The translations under genes and the position numbers were made by a program. Below, piece by piece: positions 1-9,965 of a stretch of DNA of 64,000 nucleotides. The notes beneath the pieces were generated by a model, which saw nothing but the letters and a program-made list of their open reading frames with translations, was not told the DNA's origin and ran no database searches. Source of the stretch: Candidatus Hydrogenedentota bacterium. GTDB lineage: Bacteria > Hydrogenedentota > Hydrogenedentia > Hydrogenedentales > SLHB01. Every line of letters begins with the position of its first letter. The first letter of the stretch is position 1. The stretch is taken from NCBI GenBank assembly GCA_963668025.2, contig CAXXTH010000010.1, forward strand, positions 544,001 to 608,000, read 5' to 3'.

Positions 1-1
1 G

Positions 2-2590
2 ATCACGCCCATGTTGCGGCAGTACCTCGAGGCGAAGGCCGAAACGGGGGACTCGCTCCTGTTTTTCCGCATGGGCGATTTCTACGAGATGTTCTTCGAG
101 GACGCCGTCGAGGCCTCCGAGTTGCTGGGCATCGCCCTCACGTCCCGCGACGCCGTCAACAAGGACGACCGCATCCCGATGGCAGGCGTGCCGGTGCGTG
201 CCGTCGAGACGTATCTCGCCAAGTGCATCAAGGCCGGGCGCACCGTGGCCATTTGCGAGCAGATGGAAGACCCGAAAGAGGTGAAGGGCATCGTCAAGCG
301 CGCCATTGTCCGCACCATCACGCCGGGCACGGTCATGGAGCCGAACCTGCTCGAGGAAACGGCGAACAATTACCTAGGGGCGCTCGTGGCGCGCGATGGC
401 AAGGCGGGCATTGCTCTGGTTGATGTGACGACCGGCGAATTCCTCGCCGCCCAGATAATGTGCGATCTCGGGCGTGTGCTCGTGGATGAACTCACCCGCA
501 TGGCCCCGGCGGAACTCCTCGTCGCCGAAGGCGGCGAGACCGTGGCGCGGCTCCGGCAGCGGTTCCCGAATATCGCCTTCACGGCGCGGGGCGAACATGA
601 ATTTGACGAGGACCACGCCCGCGACTTGCTCAAAACGCATTTCGGACTGGCGACGTTGAAAGGCGTAGCTCTCGATGACGCCCCCGAGGCCCTCACGGCG
701 GCGGGAGCCGTGCTGGCCTACGTGCGAGGCACGCAGCGTGACGCCATGCCCCATCTGCGCCTGCCCCGGCGCTACAGCCCATCCAGCTTTGTGGTGCTCG
801 ATGGCAACACCCAGCGCAATCTCGAACTGGTCGAGTCATTATTCGACAAATCCAAGCGCGGCACGCTTCTAGGAGTTCTTGACCACACACGCACGAGCAT
901 GGGCGGGCGCAAGCTGCGCCAGTGGATTCTCCACCCGTTGGTGGAGGTGGACGCCATCCGCGCCCGGCTCGGCGCCGTCGAGGAGCTTCACGACAGCGCC
1001 GAGGCCCGCATGCGGCTCACGGAAATCTTGCGCGGCGTGGCCGACATCGAGCGCCTCATGGGGCGCATCTCCGCCCGCGCGGGCAATGCCCGCGATGTGC
1101 AAGCGCTTGGCCGTTCCCTCGAACGCGCACCGGAGCTTCGCGCCCTGCTGGCGGCATCGAATGCGCCGCTGCTGCGGCAATTGCACGATGGGCTGGACGA
1201 ACTGAAGGACGTGGCGGACTGGATCGCCGGGGCCATCGTGGACGAACCTCCCCTGGCCATCCAGGAGGGCGGCATCATCCGCGACGGCTACGACGCGGAA
1301 CTGGACCGCCTGCGCGATTTGGTGCGCGGCGGCCGCGACTGGATCGCCACGCTTCAGCGCGAGGAAAGCGCCCGCTCGGGCATCCCGAACCTGAAGGTGG
1401 GCTACAACAAGGTCTTCGGCTATTTCATCGAGGTGTCCAGGTCCTACATCGGGCAAGTCCCGGCGGATTACGAGCGTAAACAGACTCTTGTCAACGCCGA
1501 GCGCTATATCACCCCGACGCTCAAATCCCGCGAAGAGGAGATTGTCACCGCCCAGGAGCGCATGCAGAAGCTCGAGTACGAGCTGTTCACCGCACTGCGT
1601 GACCGCATCGCCGCCGAGGCCCGGCGCATCCAGGAAACGGCGGACGCCATCGCCACGGCGGACGCGCTGTTGTCGCTGGCGGAAACCGCCTCGGCCAAGA
1701 ATTACAGCAAGCCAGACATCAGCGCCTCGGGCGCGTTATTCATCCGCGAGGGGCGGCATCCGGTCGTCGAGGATTTGATGTCGCGGAACGATTTCGTGCC
1801 GAACGACACCCTCCTCGACCCGGACAAGGCGGGCCTGCTCATCGTCACGGGCCCCAACATGGCCGGTAAATCGACGTATCTGCGCCAAGTGGCCCTCATC
1901 ACGCTCATGGCGCAGATCGGCTCCTTCGTGCCCGCCGCCGAGGCCCGCGTGGGCGTCGTCGACCGCATCTTCACGCGCGTCGGCGCTTCCGACAACCTCG
2001 TGCGGGGCGAGAGCACGTTCATGGTCGAGATGATCGAGGCGGCAAACATCCTCAACACCGCTACGGACCGCAGCCTCATCGTCCTCGACGAGATCGGGCG
2101 CGGCACGAGCACCTTCGACGGCATCAGCATCGCCTGGTCCGTGGCCGAACATATCCACGATCACGTACACGCCAAGACGCTCTTCGCCACGCACTACCAC
2201 GAGTTGACGGAATTGGGCAACAAGCTCGAACACGCGAAGAACGTGAATGTGGCCGTGCGGGAATGGGGCGGCAAGGTCGTGTTCCTCTATCGCATCGTGG
2301 ACGGCGGCGCGGACCACAGCTACGGCATCCAAGTGGCGAAACTGGCGGGCCTACCGCCGAAGGTCATCACGCGCGCCCGGGAGATCCTGGAATCGCTGGA
2401 ATCCGGCACCCCAGCCGTCTCGGGCCTGCCCGAGCAACTCTACCTATTCGGCCCCTCGTCGCCGCCCCAGCCCAGCCGCGTCGAGCAAGAATTGGAGAGC
2501 GTCGACGTGGACGCCCTAAGCCCCCGCGACGCCCAGGATTTTCTGTACCACCTCAAGCACTTGCTCAACAAACCCCGCCACGAAAAGTAG
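2..2590 (+). CDS. mutS: DNA mismatch repair protein MutS (true start probably upstream of the window)
   Basis: FFRMGDFYEMF mismatch-binding motif, Walker A TGPNMAGKST, DEIGRGTST and FATHYHEL. The frame is open to the window edge (ITP precedes M at 11). Confidence 0.97.
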   Translation: MTPMLRQYLEAKAETGDSLLFFRMGDFYEMFFEDAVEASELLGIALTSRDAVNKDDRIPMAGVPVRAVETYLAKCIKAGRTVAICEQMEDPKEVKGIVKRAIVRTITPGTVMEPNLLEETANNYLGALVARDGKAGIALVDVTTGEFLAAQIMCDLGRVLVDELTRMAPAELLVAEGGETVARLRQRFPNIAFTARGEHEFDEDHARDLLKTHFGLATLKGVALDDAPEALTAAGAVLAYVRGTQRDAMPHLRLPRRYSPSSFVVLDGNTQRNLELVESLFDKSKRGTLLGVLDHTRTSMGGRKLRQWILHPLVEVDAIRARLGAVEELHDSAEARMRLTEILRGVADIERLMGRISARAGNARDVQALGRSLERAPELRALLAASNAPLLRQLHDGLDELKDVADWIAGAIVDEPPLAIQEGGIIRDGYDAELDRLRDLVRGGRDWIATLQREESARSGIPNLKVGYNKVFGYFIEVSRSYIGQVPADYERKQTLVNAERYITPTLKSREEEIVTAQERMQKLEYELFTALRDRIAAEARRIQETADAIATADALLSLAETASAKNYSKPDISASGALFIREGRHPVVEDLMSRNDFVPNDTLLDPDKAGLLIVTGPNMAGKSTYLRQVALITLMAQIGSFVPAAEARVGVVDRIFTRVGASDNLVRGESTFMVEMIEAANILNTATDRSLIVLDEIGRGTSTFDGISIAWSVAEHIHDHVHAKTLFATHYHELTELGNKLEHAKNVNVAVREWGGKVVFLYRIVDGGADHSYGIQVAKLAGLPPKVITRAREILESLESGTPAVSGLPEQLYLFGPSSPPQPSRVEQELESVDVDALSPRDAQDFLYHLKHLLNKPRHEK

Positions 2591-2755
2591 GGTGGGACAT
2601 GGCCCAACCGGTAGCGCCGGAAGCCCTACACAGTGAGATTGGAAAATCATTTTCATCTGGGTTGTGGGCATGTGCAGAAACGTAGTAGAACTGCCCACAT
2701 AATGTGCAAGAGACACAGAAAAAATTATTTCTGCGTTTCTTGCGCTTTTTGTGGC
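2587..2755. repeat. REP-like palindromes downstream of mutS
   Basis: GTAGGG(2587)...CCCTAC(2629), plus an imperfect inverted repeat at 2693-2755 (GCCCACATAATGTGCAAGAGACACAGAA / TTCTGCGTTTCTTGCGCTTTTTGTGGC). Confidence 0.55.
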
Positions 2756-3004
2756 GTAAATATTGTTTCTTTTCTTGTTTTATCCGCAATTGACCTGGCC
2801 CCATCTTGCGTTGTCTAGGATTTTCGGATATTTTCAGTACACGGCCATTCACCGCATGTTTGGAATGACTGGTGATGTGGCGGCTTTGTTTCGGTAGTAG
2901 GATTTTCTTCCATTCCTTGTTGCGTCTCGATGCATTGGCGCATAGAATCCTTCCTTCGTATAGTTTTAAGTGGAAAGTGTCGTTGTTTAAAAAACGAGGT
3001 ATAA

Positions 3005-5251
3005 ATGAACACAGTACATCTATCTAGAATTGCTGGTGAGATGAGCTTGGCGGCGCGGCAAATCGAGGCGGTAGCGGAGCTTTTTGCAGGCGGGGCGACG
3101 ATACCCTTTATTGCACGATATCGGAAGGAAGCGACGGGCACGCTGGATGAGGTGGTGCTGGCGAAAATTCGTGACCGGATGGACCAACTCGAGGAACTAG
3201 ATAAACGGCGCGAAAACATTCTGAAATCGTTGGAAGAGCGCAATTTACTCTCGGATGACCTTAAAGCCCAGGTGATGGGCGCGGAGACGCTGGCGGCGCT
3301 GGAGGATATTTACCTGCCCTTCCGGCCGAAGCGGCGGACGCGCGCCACGGTGGCCCGGGAAAAAGGATTGGAGCCGCTGGCGCTGGTGTTGCTGGCTCAG
3401 GAAATCACGGATGTGCTGTCTGAGGCAGGGCAGTTCGTGGATGCGGAAAAAGGTGTGGCGGATGTGGAAGAAGCCCTGGAGGGCGCACGGGATATCATCG
3501 CTGAGATCGTCAGCCAGGATGCCCATTTGCGCGCCCAGATGCGAGCGATGTTCTTGGAGCAGGGTGTGATTGAGTCGAAGGTGGTCAAAGATAAAGAGGA
3601 AGAGGGGTCGAAATTCAAAGATTATTTCGACTGGCGTGAACCAGCCGCCAAGATCCCTTCCCATCGCCTGTTAGCCATGTTTCGCGGCGAAAACGAGGGA
3701 TTCCTTTCGCTTCAGGCTGCTCCGCCGGAAGAGGAGGCCATGGCGCTGGCGCACACCTCATTCGTGAAGAGCAAAGGTGCGGCGGCGGACCAGGTCTCTC
3801 TTGCCGTGGAAGATAGTTATAAACGGCTCTTGCGCCCTTCCATGGAGACGGAGCTTCGGGCTGAATTGAAGCAGCGTGCGGACGTGGAGGCGCTGCGTGT
3901 GTTTACCGAGAATCTTCGGGAATTGCTGCTGTCCCCGCCGCTCGGCCATAAAAACGTATTGGCCCTTGACCCAGGCTTCCGCACGGGGTGCAAGCTGGTA
4001 TGCCTTGACCGGCAGGGCAAGCTGCTGCACGATAGCGTGATCTACCCCCATACCGGTGAACGCGCGGCCCAGGATGCGGGCGCAAAAATGCGCGATTTAT
4101 GCGCCCGTTTTGATATTGAAGCCGTGTCGATAGGAAATGGAACTGCCAGCCGTGAAACAGAGGCCTTTGTGCGCGCATTGGACTTAGGCCCGTCCATTCC
4201 GATTGTGATTGTGAATGAATCCGGCGCTTCCATTTATTCCGCTTCGGATGTGGCCCGCGAGGAGTTTCCAAACCATGATCTCACCGTGCGCGGAGCCGTC
4301 AGCATCGGGCGGCGCTTAATGGATCCGCTGGCGGAACTGGTCAAAATCGATCCCAAGTCCATTGGAGTCGGCCAGTATCAGCATGATGTGGATCAGACGG
4401 CGCTGAAACGCAGCCTGGATGATGTCGTGATGAGCTGCGTGAATGGTGTCGGCGTCGACGTGAACACGGCCAGCAAACAATTGCTCATGTACGTATCCGG
4501 CTTAGGGCCGCAATTGGCGTCGAATATCGTGTCGGTTCGCGATGAGAATGGCCCATTCGAGACGCGCGCCCAACTCAAAAAAGTCCCCCGGCTTGGGCCG
4601 AAAGCGTTTGAACAAGCCGCCGGCTTTCTGCGGATTCCCTCGGGCAAAAATCCGCTCGACGCCAGCGCCGTCCACCCGGAGAGTTACAGTATTGTCGATG
4701 CGATGGCAAAAGACCTCGGATGCTCCATCACGGATCTGATGCGCGACGAATCCTTGCGCAAACAAATCCAACTCGAACGGTATGTGACTGACACCATCGG
4801 CTTGCCCACGCTGCGCGATATCCTGGCGGAGCTGGCCAAACCGGGACGGGATCCCCGGGAGCAATTCGAGCCGTTCAGCTTTGTCGAGGGCGTCAAGACG
4901 CTGGAAGACCTGCACGCAGGCATGAAACTGCCCGGCATTGTTACAAATGTTACCGCGTTCGGGGCCTTTGTCGATATCGGCGTCCACCAAGACGGACTTG
5001 TTCATATCAGCCAGCTTGCGGACCGTTTCATCAAGGAGCCCAGTGAAGCCGTTAAGGTCCACCAGAAGGTGATGGTGACCGTCTTGGAGGTGGATCTTCC
5101 TCGCAAACGGATCTCCCTTTCCATGCGTTCTGAACCCGAGCAGCAAGCGCCCTCCGCGCCAAAACCAAAAACGACTCCTCCGGAGAAGAAAAAGGCGGGC
5201 GAACTGGAAGACTTCAAAAAAGCCTTGGCGAGCCGTTTTGGCCGCAAGTAG
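3005..5251 (+). CDS. tex: Tex/YhgF RNA-binding transcription accessory protein with S1 domain
   Basis: GATIPFIARYRKEATG, LALDPGFRTGCK, DPKSIGVGQYQHDV and C-terminal S1 motif FGAFVDIGVHQDGLVHIS. GAGG RBS. Confidence 0.95.
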   Translation: MNTVHLSRIAGEMSLAARQIEAVAELFAGGATIPFIARYRKEATGTLDEVVLAKIRDRMDQLEELDKRRENILKSLEERNLLSDDLKAQVMGAETLAALEDIYLPFRPKRRTRATVAREKGLEPLALVLLAQEITDVLSEAGQFVDAEKGVADVEEALEGARDIIAEIVSQDAHLRAQMRAMFLEQGVIESKVVKDKEEEGSKFKDYFDWREPAAKIPSHRLLAMFRGENEGFLSLQAAPPEEEAMALAHTSFVKSKGAAADQVSLAVEDSYKRLLRPSMETELRAELKQRADVEALRVFTENLRELLLSPPLGHKNVLALDPGFRTGCKLVCLDRQGKLLHDSVIYPHTGERAAQDAGAKMRDLCARFDIEAVSIGNGTASRETEAFVRALDLGPSIPIVIVNESGASIYSASDVAREEFPNHDLTVRGAVSIGRRLMDPLAELVKIDPKSIGVGQYQHDVDQTALKRSLDDVVMSCVNGVGVDVNTASKQLLMYVSGLGPQLASNIVSVRDENGPFETRAQLKKVPRLGPKAFEQAAGFLRIPSGKNPLDASAVHPESYSIVDAMAKDLGCSITDLMRDESLRKQIQLERYVTDTIGLPTLRDILAELAKPGRDPREQFEPFSFVEGVKTLEDLHAGMKLPGIVTNVTAFGAFVDIGVHQDGLVHISQLADRFIKEPSEAVKVHQKVMVTVLEVDLPRKRISLSMRSEPEQQAPSAPKPKTTPPEKKKAGELEDFKKALASRFGRK

Positions 5252-5306
5252 ATGGCTCCCGTCCACAACATAGAGCTGGATAGGGGAAGAGCGGTTCAAG
5301 ATCATT

Positions 5307-5434
5307 TAGAGCGGTTTGAAAAATTGTGTGGCCGATTTCCGGGGAACCCTTTCTTTCGCAGAAAAGGTTCCCCATACCCCTCCTAAAGAGCTTCCATTCG
5401 CTTCGCACCTACAGCAAAATAAGGAAACGCTCTA
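5307..5434. repeat. MITE-like element with TAGAGCG(G)TTT ends and internal hairpin
   Basis: Starts TAGAGCGGTTT and ends AAACGCTCTA. Internal hairpin GGGGAACC...GGTTCCCC (about 5341-5372). Confidence 0.5.
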
Positions 5435-6106
5435 ACGCAACGTGACGTTTGCGTCGGTCGTACCGATACCGATATCTTTGAGTTCCCCCTTCCCAGCGCC
5501 TTTGAACCAGATCGTTTCCGCCACGTCCCCCGCGATGCCCTTTATCGTGTAGTGGCCCTTACTGTCGGTGGTGGTGGAAGATCGAGAGTAGTCCGTGCGG
5601 CCCATGGCGTCCACCGCCACGTCGGCGGCAGGATTGCCTTGTGCGTCACGTACGTAGCCGCCCACAGAGTGGAACTCGAGCGATGGCGCGACAATGGCCA
5701 GTTCAGAGACGGTGGCCCCCGGCGAAACGTCGAGCCAGAATTTCTGGGCGTCGAGGTAGAGGTTTCCCGTGTCCGCTCCTTCCTTCCAATAGAACTGCAC
5801 CGTGTAGGTGCCCGGATTGACATTGCTGAAGGAGAACTTGCCCTCTGCATCGGTCTCCGTATTCCGCATGGGCATGCTCGCGCGGTCCTGTCCCTGCTTG
5901 TCAGGATGGCCAATGGCTGGATGGAGATAGACGACCGCGTCGGAAAAAGGTTTTCCATTCGTATCCACCAACCGCGCGGAGAACGACGACGCGACCACTG
6001 TGTCCCCGACGCTCGGCTTCTGCTCGCCCGACGCCACGTGTGCAATCACTGGTAGCAACAAAAGAGCCACAAACAGCACAACCACGACGATCAGCACATG
6101 CTTCAT
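5432..6106 (-). CDS. Exported protein with two carboxypeptidase-regulatory-like (CnaB/transthyretin-like) beta domains
   Basis: ATG at 6106 with AGGAG RBS and hydrophobic N-terminus. Two repeats of the 'TDxxGxF/Y' pattern (TDAEGKFSFSNVNPGTY, TDSKGHYTIKGI). Confidence 0.7.
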   Translation of the reverse strand: MKHVLIVVVVLFVALLLLPVIAHVASGEQKPSVGDTVVASSFSARLVDTNGKPFSDAVVYLHPAIGHPDKQGQDRASMPMRNTETDAEGKFSFSNVNPGTYTVQFYWKEGADTGNLYLDAQKFWLDVSPGATVSELAIVAPSLEFHSVGGYVRDAQGNPAADVAVDAMGRTDYSRSSTTTDSKGHYTIKGIAGDVAETIWFKGAGKGELKDIGIGTTDANVTLR

Positions 6107-6496
6107 ATTTGGTCTCCTTCCAGATGGTTCTATTGCCTCTCCGTGATACGGCATCGCCTTCCGCACCGCTTGGCCAATGCTCTCGCCTCGATGTTTCGTT
6201 CTTGACCTATCACATACATTGCTTTCCATGCGCGAGAACGCCGACCCCAGCATCAAATATATACGAGCGCCTATTTGGTGTCAAGAAAATATACGGGTGT
6301 CTATTTATCCAAGTTTCCCTTGAAACTGAATGATTCGGCTGGGCAGGGCTTAGAGCGGTTCCAGATAGGATGCAATACGTCGGATGGTTTGGTGCTGCGG
6401 GAGAACCCATTTATACCAAGTTGAGATCGAAAAGTTGCTAAAGCTTTATAACCCAGATGCAGAAGCTTTATCTATTGCATTATCCGGGATAAATAC

Positions 6497-6524
6497 GAAG
6501 GGCGCACCCGAAAGTGCGCCCTTC
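6497..6524 (-). terminator. Intrinsic terminator after groEL
   Basis: 11-bp stem GAAGGGCGCAC/GTGCGCCCTTC, 41 nt past the stop codon, with T-rich flanks on both strands. Confidence 0.75.
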
Positions 6525-6565
6525 TTTATAGCAACGCGCGCGCATGGCGCGCGGACTGGACTGGC

Positions 6566-8230
6566 TTACATCATGCCGCCCATTCCACCCATTCCGCCCA
6601 TGCCTCCCATTCCACCCATGCCGCCATGGCCGCCACCCGCAGGGGCTGGCTTTTCCTTTTCAGGAATATCGCTGATCATGCACTCAGTGGTGATGAACAT
6701 GCCTGCGACGCTTACGGCGTTCTGGATGGCGGTGCGCAGCACCTTGGCGGGATCGATAATGCCCGCTTTCACGAGGTCTTCATATTCGCCCGTAGCGGCG
6801 TTATAGCCTATGCCAGCCTTGTGGGTCTGTACATGCTGCACGACCACATTGCCTTCCGCGCCCGCGTTTTCCGCGATATTGCGCAGCGGCGACGCCAAAG
6901 CGTCCGCCACGATTTTCGCGCCGATGGCCATGTCGCCATCAAGGCTGAGCGCCTCGATCTTCTTAATAGCAGACAAGAACGCAATGCCGCCGCCAGGCAC
7001 AAAACCCTCTTCGATGGCCGCACGAGTCGAGTTCAGCGCGTCATCGGTGCGAGATTTCTTTTCTTTCAATTCGATTTCCGTAGCCGCGCCGACTTTGATA
7101 ACCGCAACGCCGCCCGCGAGCTTCGCCAAACGTTCTTGAAGCTTCTCGCGGTCGTAATCCGACGTGGTAGTCTCGATGGCCCGGCGGATGGTTTCGCAAC
7201 GGGCCAAAATCTCTTTCTTCGCGCCCGCGCCCTCAATGATGGTCGTATTGTCTTTTGTGATCTCGATGCGCTTGGCGCGGCCTAGGGAATCCAGCTTCAC
7301 ATTCTCGAGCTTCGTGCCCAAGTCTTCCGAGATGAATGTCGCGCCAGTAAGCGCGCAAATGTCGCGCATAATCTCTTTGCGGCGGTCGCCGAAGGCCGGG
7401 GCCTTCACGGCGGCGACATTGAGGATGCCGCGCAGACGGTTCACCACCAAAGTGGCCAGCGCTTCACCCTCGATATCTTCGGCAATGATCACCAGCGGCT
7501 TGCCGCATTGGGCGATGGCTTGCAAGATCGGGAGCATTTCCTGTACGGATGAGATCTTTTTCTCACAGCATAAAATATAACAGTCCTCAAGAAGAGCCGT
7601 CATGGTCTCGGCGCTAGTCACGAAATAGGGCGACATATAGCCGCGGTCGAACTGCATGCCTTGCACGACTTCCAGTTCGTTCGCCAGGCCTTTGCCTTCT
7701 TCGATGGTGACGACGCCGTCTTCACCCACCTTATCGATGGCGTCAGCGATCATTTTACCGATCTCGAGGTCGCCGTTGGCCGAAATCGCACCCACATGCG
7801 CGATGTCGTCTGAATTGCGCACCTTCTTGCTGGCGGCTTTCACCTCCTCCAACACCACGGCCAAAGCTTTCTCCATGCCCCGCTTCAGGTGCATGGGATT
7901 CGCCCCCGCGATGACTTGGCGCATGCCGCTGTGAATCATGTCTTGCGCCAGCACTGTCGCCGTCGTCGTGCCATCGCCCGCGATGTCTTGGGTCTTGCTT
8001 GCCGCCTCACGCAGCATACGCGCTCCCATATTTTCGAAGGCATTAGGCAGCTCGATCTCTTTCGCGACGGTAACGCCATCCTTCGTGATCTTCGGGGCGC
8101 CATAGGACTTCTCAATCACCACATTGCGGCCCTTGGGGCCGAGAGTAGCCTTAACCGCATTCGCAAGCGCATCCGCGCCGCGCAGCATCGCTGTACGTGC
8201 TTCTTGGTCGAAAGCCAACTGTTTGGCCAT
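6566..8230 (-). CDS. groEL: Chaperonin GroEL (Cpn60)
   Basis: [44 protein letters not shown] and GGM tail. AGGAG RBS. Confidence 0.98.
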   Translation of the reverse strand: MAKQLAFDQEARTAMLRGADALANAVKATLGPKGRNVVIEKSYGAPKITKDGVTVAKEIELPNAFENMGARMLREAASKTQDIAGDGTTTATVLAQDMIHSGMRQVIAGANPMHLKRGMEKALAVVLEEVKAASKKVRNSDDIAHVGAISANGDLEIGKMIADAIDKVGEDGVVTIEEGKGLANELEVVQGMQFDRGYMSPYFVTSAETMTALLEDCYILCCEKKISSVQEMLPILQAIAQCGKPLVIIAEDIEGEALATLVVNRLRGILNVAAVKAPAFGDRRKEIMRDICALTGATFISEDLGTKLENVKLDSLGRAKRIEITKDNTTIIEGAGAKKEILARCETIRRAIETTTSDYDREKLQERLAKLAGGVAVIKVGAATEIELKEKKSRTDDALNSTRAAIEEGFVPGGGIAFLSAIKKIEALSLDGDMAIGAKIVADALASPLRNIAENAGAEGNVVVQHVQTHKAGIGYNAATGEYEDLVKAGIIDPAKVLRTAIQNAVSVAGMFITTECMISDIPEKEKPAPAGGGHGGMGGMGGMGGMGGMGGMM

Positions 8231-8290
8231 GGTAATATCTCCTTTGCGACAAAGTGTTTATCCGCTTAATACCGGCCGGGCCGGATACTA

Positions 8291-8317
8291 GTAGCACTCT
8301 GCTTGATTGAGTGCTAA
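8291..8317 (-). promoter_or_regulatory. CIRCE element (HrcA operator)
   Basis: Minus strand TTAGCACTC-N9-GAGTGCTAC, one mismatch from the CIRCE consensus, between the promoter and groEL. Confidence 0.93.
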
Positions 8318-8326
8318 CAAGCGCGA

Positions 8327-8355
8327 ATGTTACCACACTCTGTATTCCCTGTCAA
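8327..8355 (-). promoter_or_regulatory. Sigma70 promoter of groEL
   Basis: TTGACA-17 bp-TAACAT with extended -10 TG. Confidence 0.8.
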
Positions 8356-8436
8356 GACCTCCTACACCAGGATCAGGGCTTACGCATCTAATAGTGCTCA
8401 AGAGTCGATTTATCCTGTTGTGCATGATTTTTTCTG

Positions 8437-8736
8437 TCAACGTGGCCTGGGATTTTTCGCTTGGGGGAAGGTCTTTGCGCGCTCACGGCGGGTTTGCTTG
8501 ACGACTTCGTCCACGTAGCGTTCAGCCAGCTTCATGAAAGCCTGGTAGCCATTGATGGCCTCTTTTAGGAACTCGGTTTCGCGCGCCGGCACATAGCGAA
8601 CCACGTTCTTCTCGTTCTCCCAGCTCTGGTGGTTAAAGTGGGGACGCCCGCCCATTTGACAGAGCTTTCCGCGCTCCATCCGCTCAATCTGCGCCATGCG
8701 CTCCAGCAATGCTTGCATCTTTTTGGTGTGCTTCAT
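8437..8736 (-). CDS. 99-aa basic IS accessory protein (DUF6788-like)
   Basis: Lies inside the TIRs and is identical in both copies. The pattern MERGKL...HQSW...NVVRYVP...AINGY resembles DUF6788 proteins as recalled. Confidence 0.7.
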   Translation of the reverse strand: MKHTKKMQALLERMAQIERMERGKLCQMGGRPHFNHQSWENEKNVVRYVPARETEFLKEAINGYQAFMKLAERYVDEVVKQTRRERAKTFPQAKNPRPR

Positions 8737-8743
8737 GGATTTT

Positions 8744-8773
8744 AATATATAGAATTCTATATACTAGAGTCAA
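8744..8773 (-). promoter_or_regulatory. Promoter for the accessory ORF overlapping a perfect 18-bp palindrome
   Basis: TTGACT-18 bp-TATATT, then 7 nt to the ATG (leaderless geometry). Palindrome TATATAGAATTCTATATA at 8746-8763. Confidence 0.6.
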
Positions 8774-8807
8774 CAGTGCTTCGGCGCATGAATGAAAGGA
8801 GCACCCC

Positions 8808-9965
8808 ATGACCGCTGAAAAGAAATCCCTGCCCAAGCCCAAGCCTATTATCGAGTGTTTCGCGGGCCTGCCTGATCCCCGCATGGACCGGACCCGCAGG
8901 CACAACTTCATTGACATCTTGATGATTGGGCTATGCTCAGCCCTCGTGGGCGGGGAGAGCTTTTCGGATATGGAGCGCTTCGGCTGGCTCCGGGAGGATT
9001 GGCTGAAGGGCTTCCTGGAATTGCCCGGCGGCATCCCCTCGCACGACACCTTCAACCGGGTCTTTTCCGCCCTCGACCCCCATGCCTTTCTGGAATGCTT
9101 CGGCCAATGGGTGCAGGGCATTTGCCCCAATCTGAGCGATGAGGTCGCCGCCATTGACGGCAAAGCCCTGCGGCGCGCCTTGAATCAGGGGGAGGCCATC
9201 CCCTACATCGTCAGCGCATGGGCTTGCGAGCACGGCCTGGCGCTGGGGCAGGTCAAGGTGGACGAGAAATCCAACGAAATCACCGCCGTCCCCAAACTCC
9301 TCAACGCCTTAAAGCTCAAGGGAGCCATCGTCACCCTGGACGCCATGGGCTGCCAGAAGGATATCGCCTCCCACATTATCCAACGGCAGGCCGACTACGT
9401 GCTGGCCCTCAAAGGCAACCACGCCACCGCCCTAGAAGAAGTGAAGGCCTTTTTCAAGGACGCCGTTCCCCCTTGCGCCACCCAGTGCGCGCCAACAGCC
9501 GACGCCACACGGATGGATTTCCACCAGACCATCGACAAGGGGCATGGCCGCATCGAAACCCGCCGATACTGGCAATCCACCGACTTGGGCTGGTTCGAGG
9601 ACAAAGGACTTTGGAAGGGCCTCAAGAGTTTCGGCATGGTCGAGTCCATCCGCAAGGAAAAAGGGAAGAACACCATCGAGCGGCGCTACTACTTGAGCAG
9701 CCTGCCCCTCGACGCACGACGATTCGCCCACGCCGTGCGTGGACACTGGGGCGTGGAAAACAATTTGCACTGGCGCCTAGACATTATCTTTCGCGAAGAC
9801 GACAACCGCGCCCGAACAAGAAACGCCGCCCAGAATCTCGCCTCCTTGAGGAGAATTACACTCAACCTCCTCAAGAAAGACAAGACCAACAAAGATTTCC
9901 TCAGGGGCAAGCGCTTCGCTGCTGCACTCGACCCCGAATACCTTCTACGTTTACTGGGAATTTAG
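8808..9965 (+). CDS. ISAs1-family (H-repeat) DDE transposase
   Basis: PSHDTF, AIDGKALR, KSNEITA, TLDAMGCQ, KGHGRIETR and HWGVENNLHW. AAGGAG RBS. Confidence 0.96.
   Translation: MTAEKKSLPKPKPIIECFAGLPDPRMDRTRRHNFIDILMIGLCSALVGGESFSDMERFGWLREDWLKGFLELPGGIPSHDTFNRVFSALDPHAFLECFGQWVQGICPNLSDEVAAIDGKALRRALNQGEAIPYIVSAWACEHGLALGQVKVDEKSNEITAVPKLLNALKLKGAIVTLDAMGCQKDIASHIIQRQADYVLALKGNHATALEEVKAFFKDAVPPCATQCAPTADATRMDFHQTIDKGHGRIETRRYWQSTDLGWFEDKGLWKGLKSFGMVESIRKEKGKNTIERRYYLSSLPLDARRFAHAVRGHWGVENNLHWRLDIIFREDDNRARTRNAAQNLASLRRITLNLLKKDKTNKDFLRGKRFAAALDPEYLLRLLGI

Noticed and set aside
6569-6630. 9-bp tandem repeats
   Set aside because: They encode the normal GroEL Gly-Gly-Met tail.
8230-8374. Idea that the IS split a groES-groEL operon
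   Set aside because: groEL has its own promoter and CIRCE directly upstream, and no groES is seen beyond the ISs.
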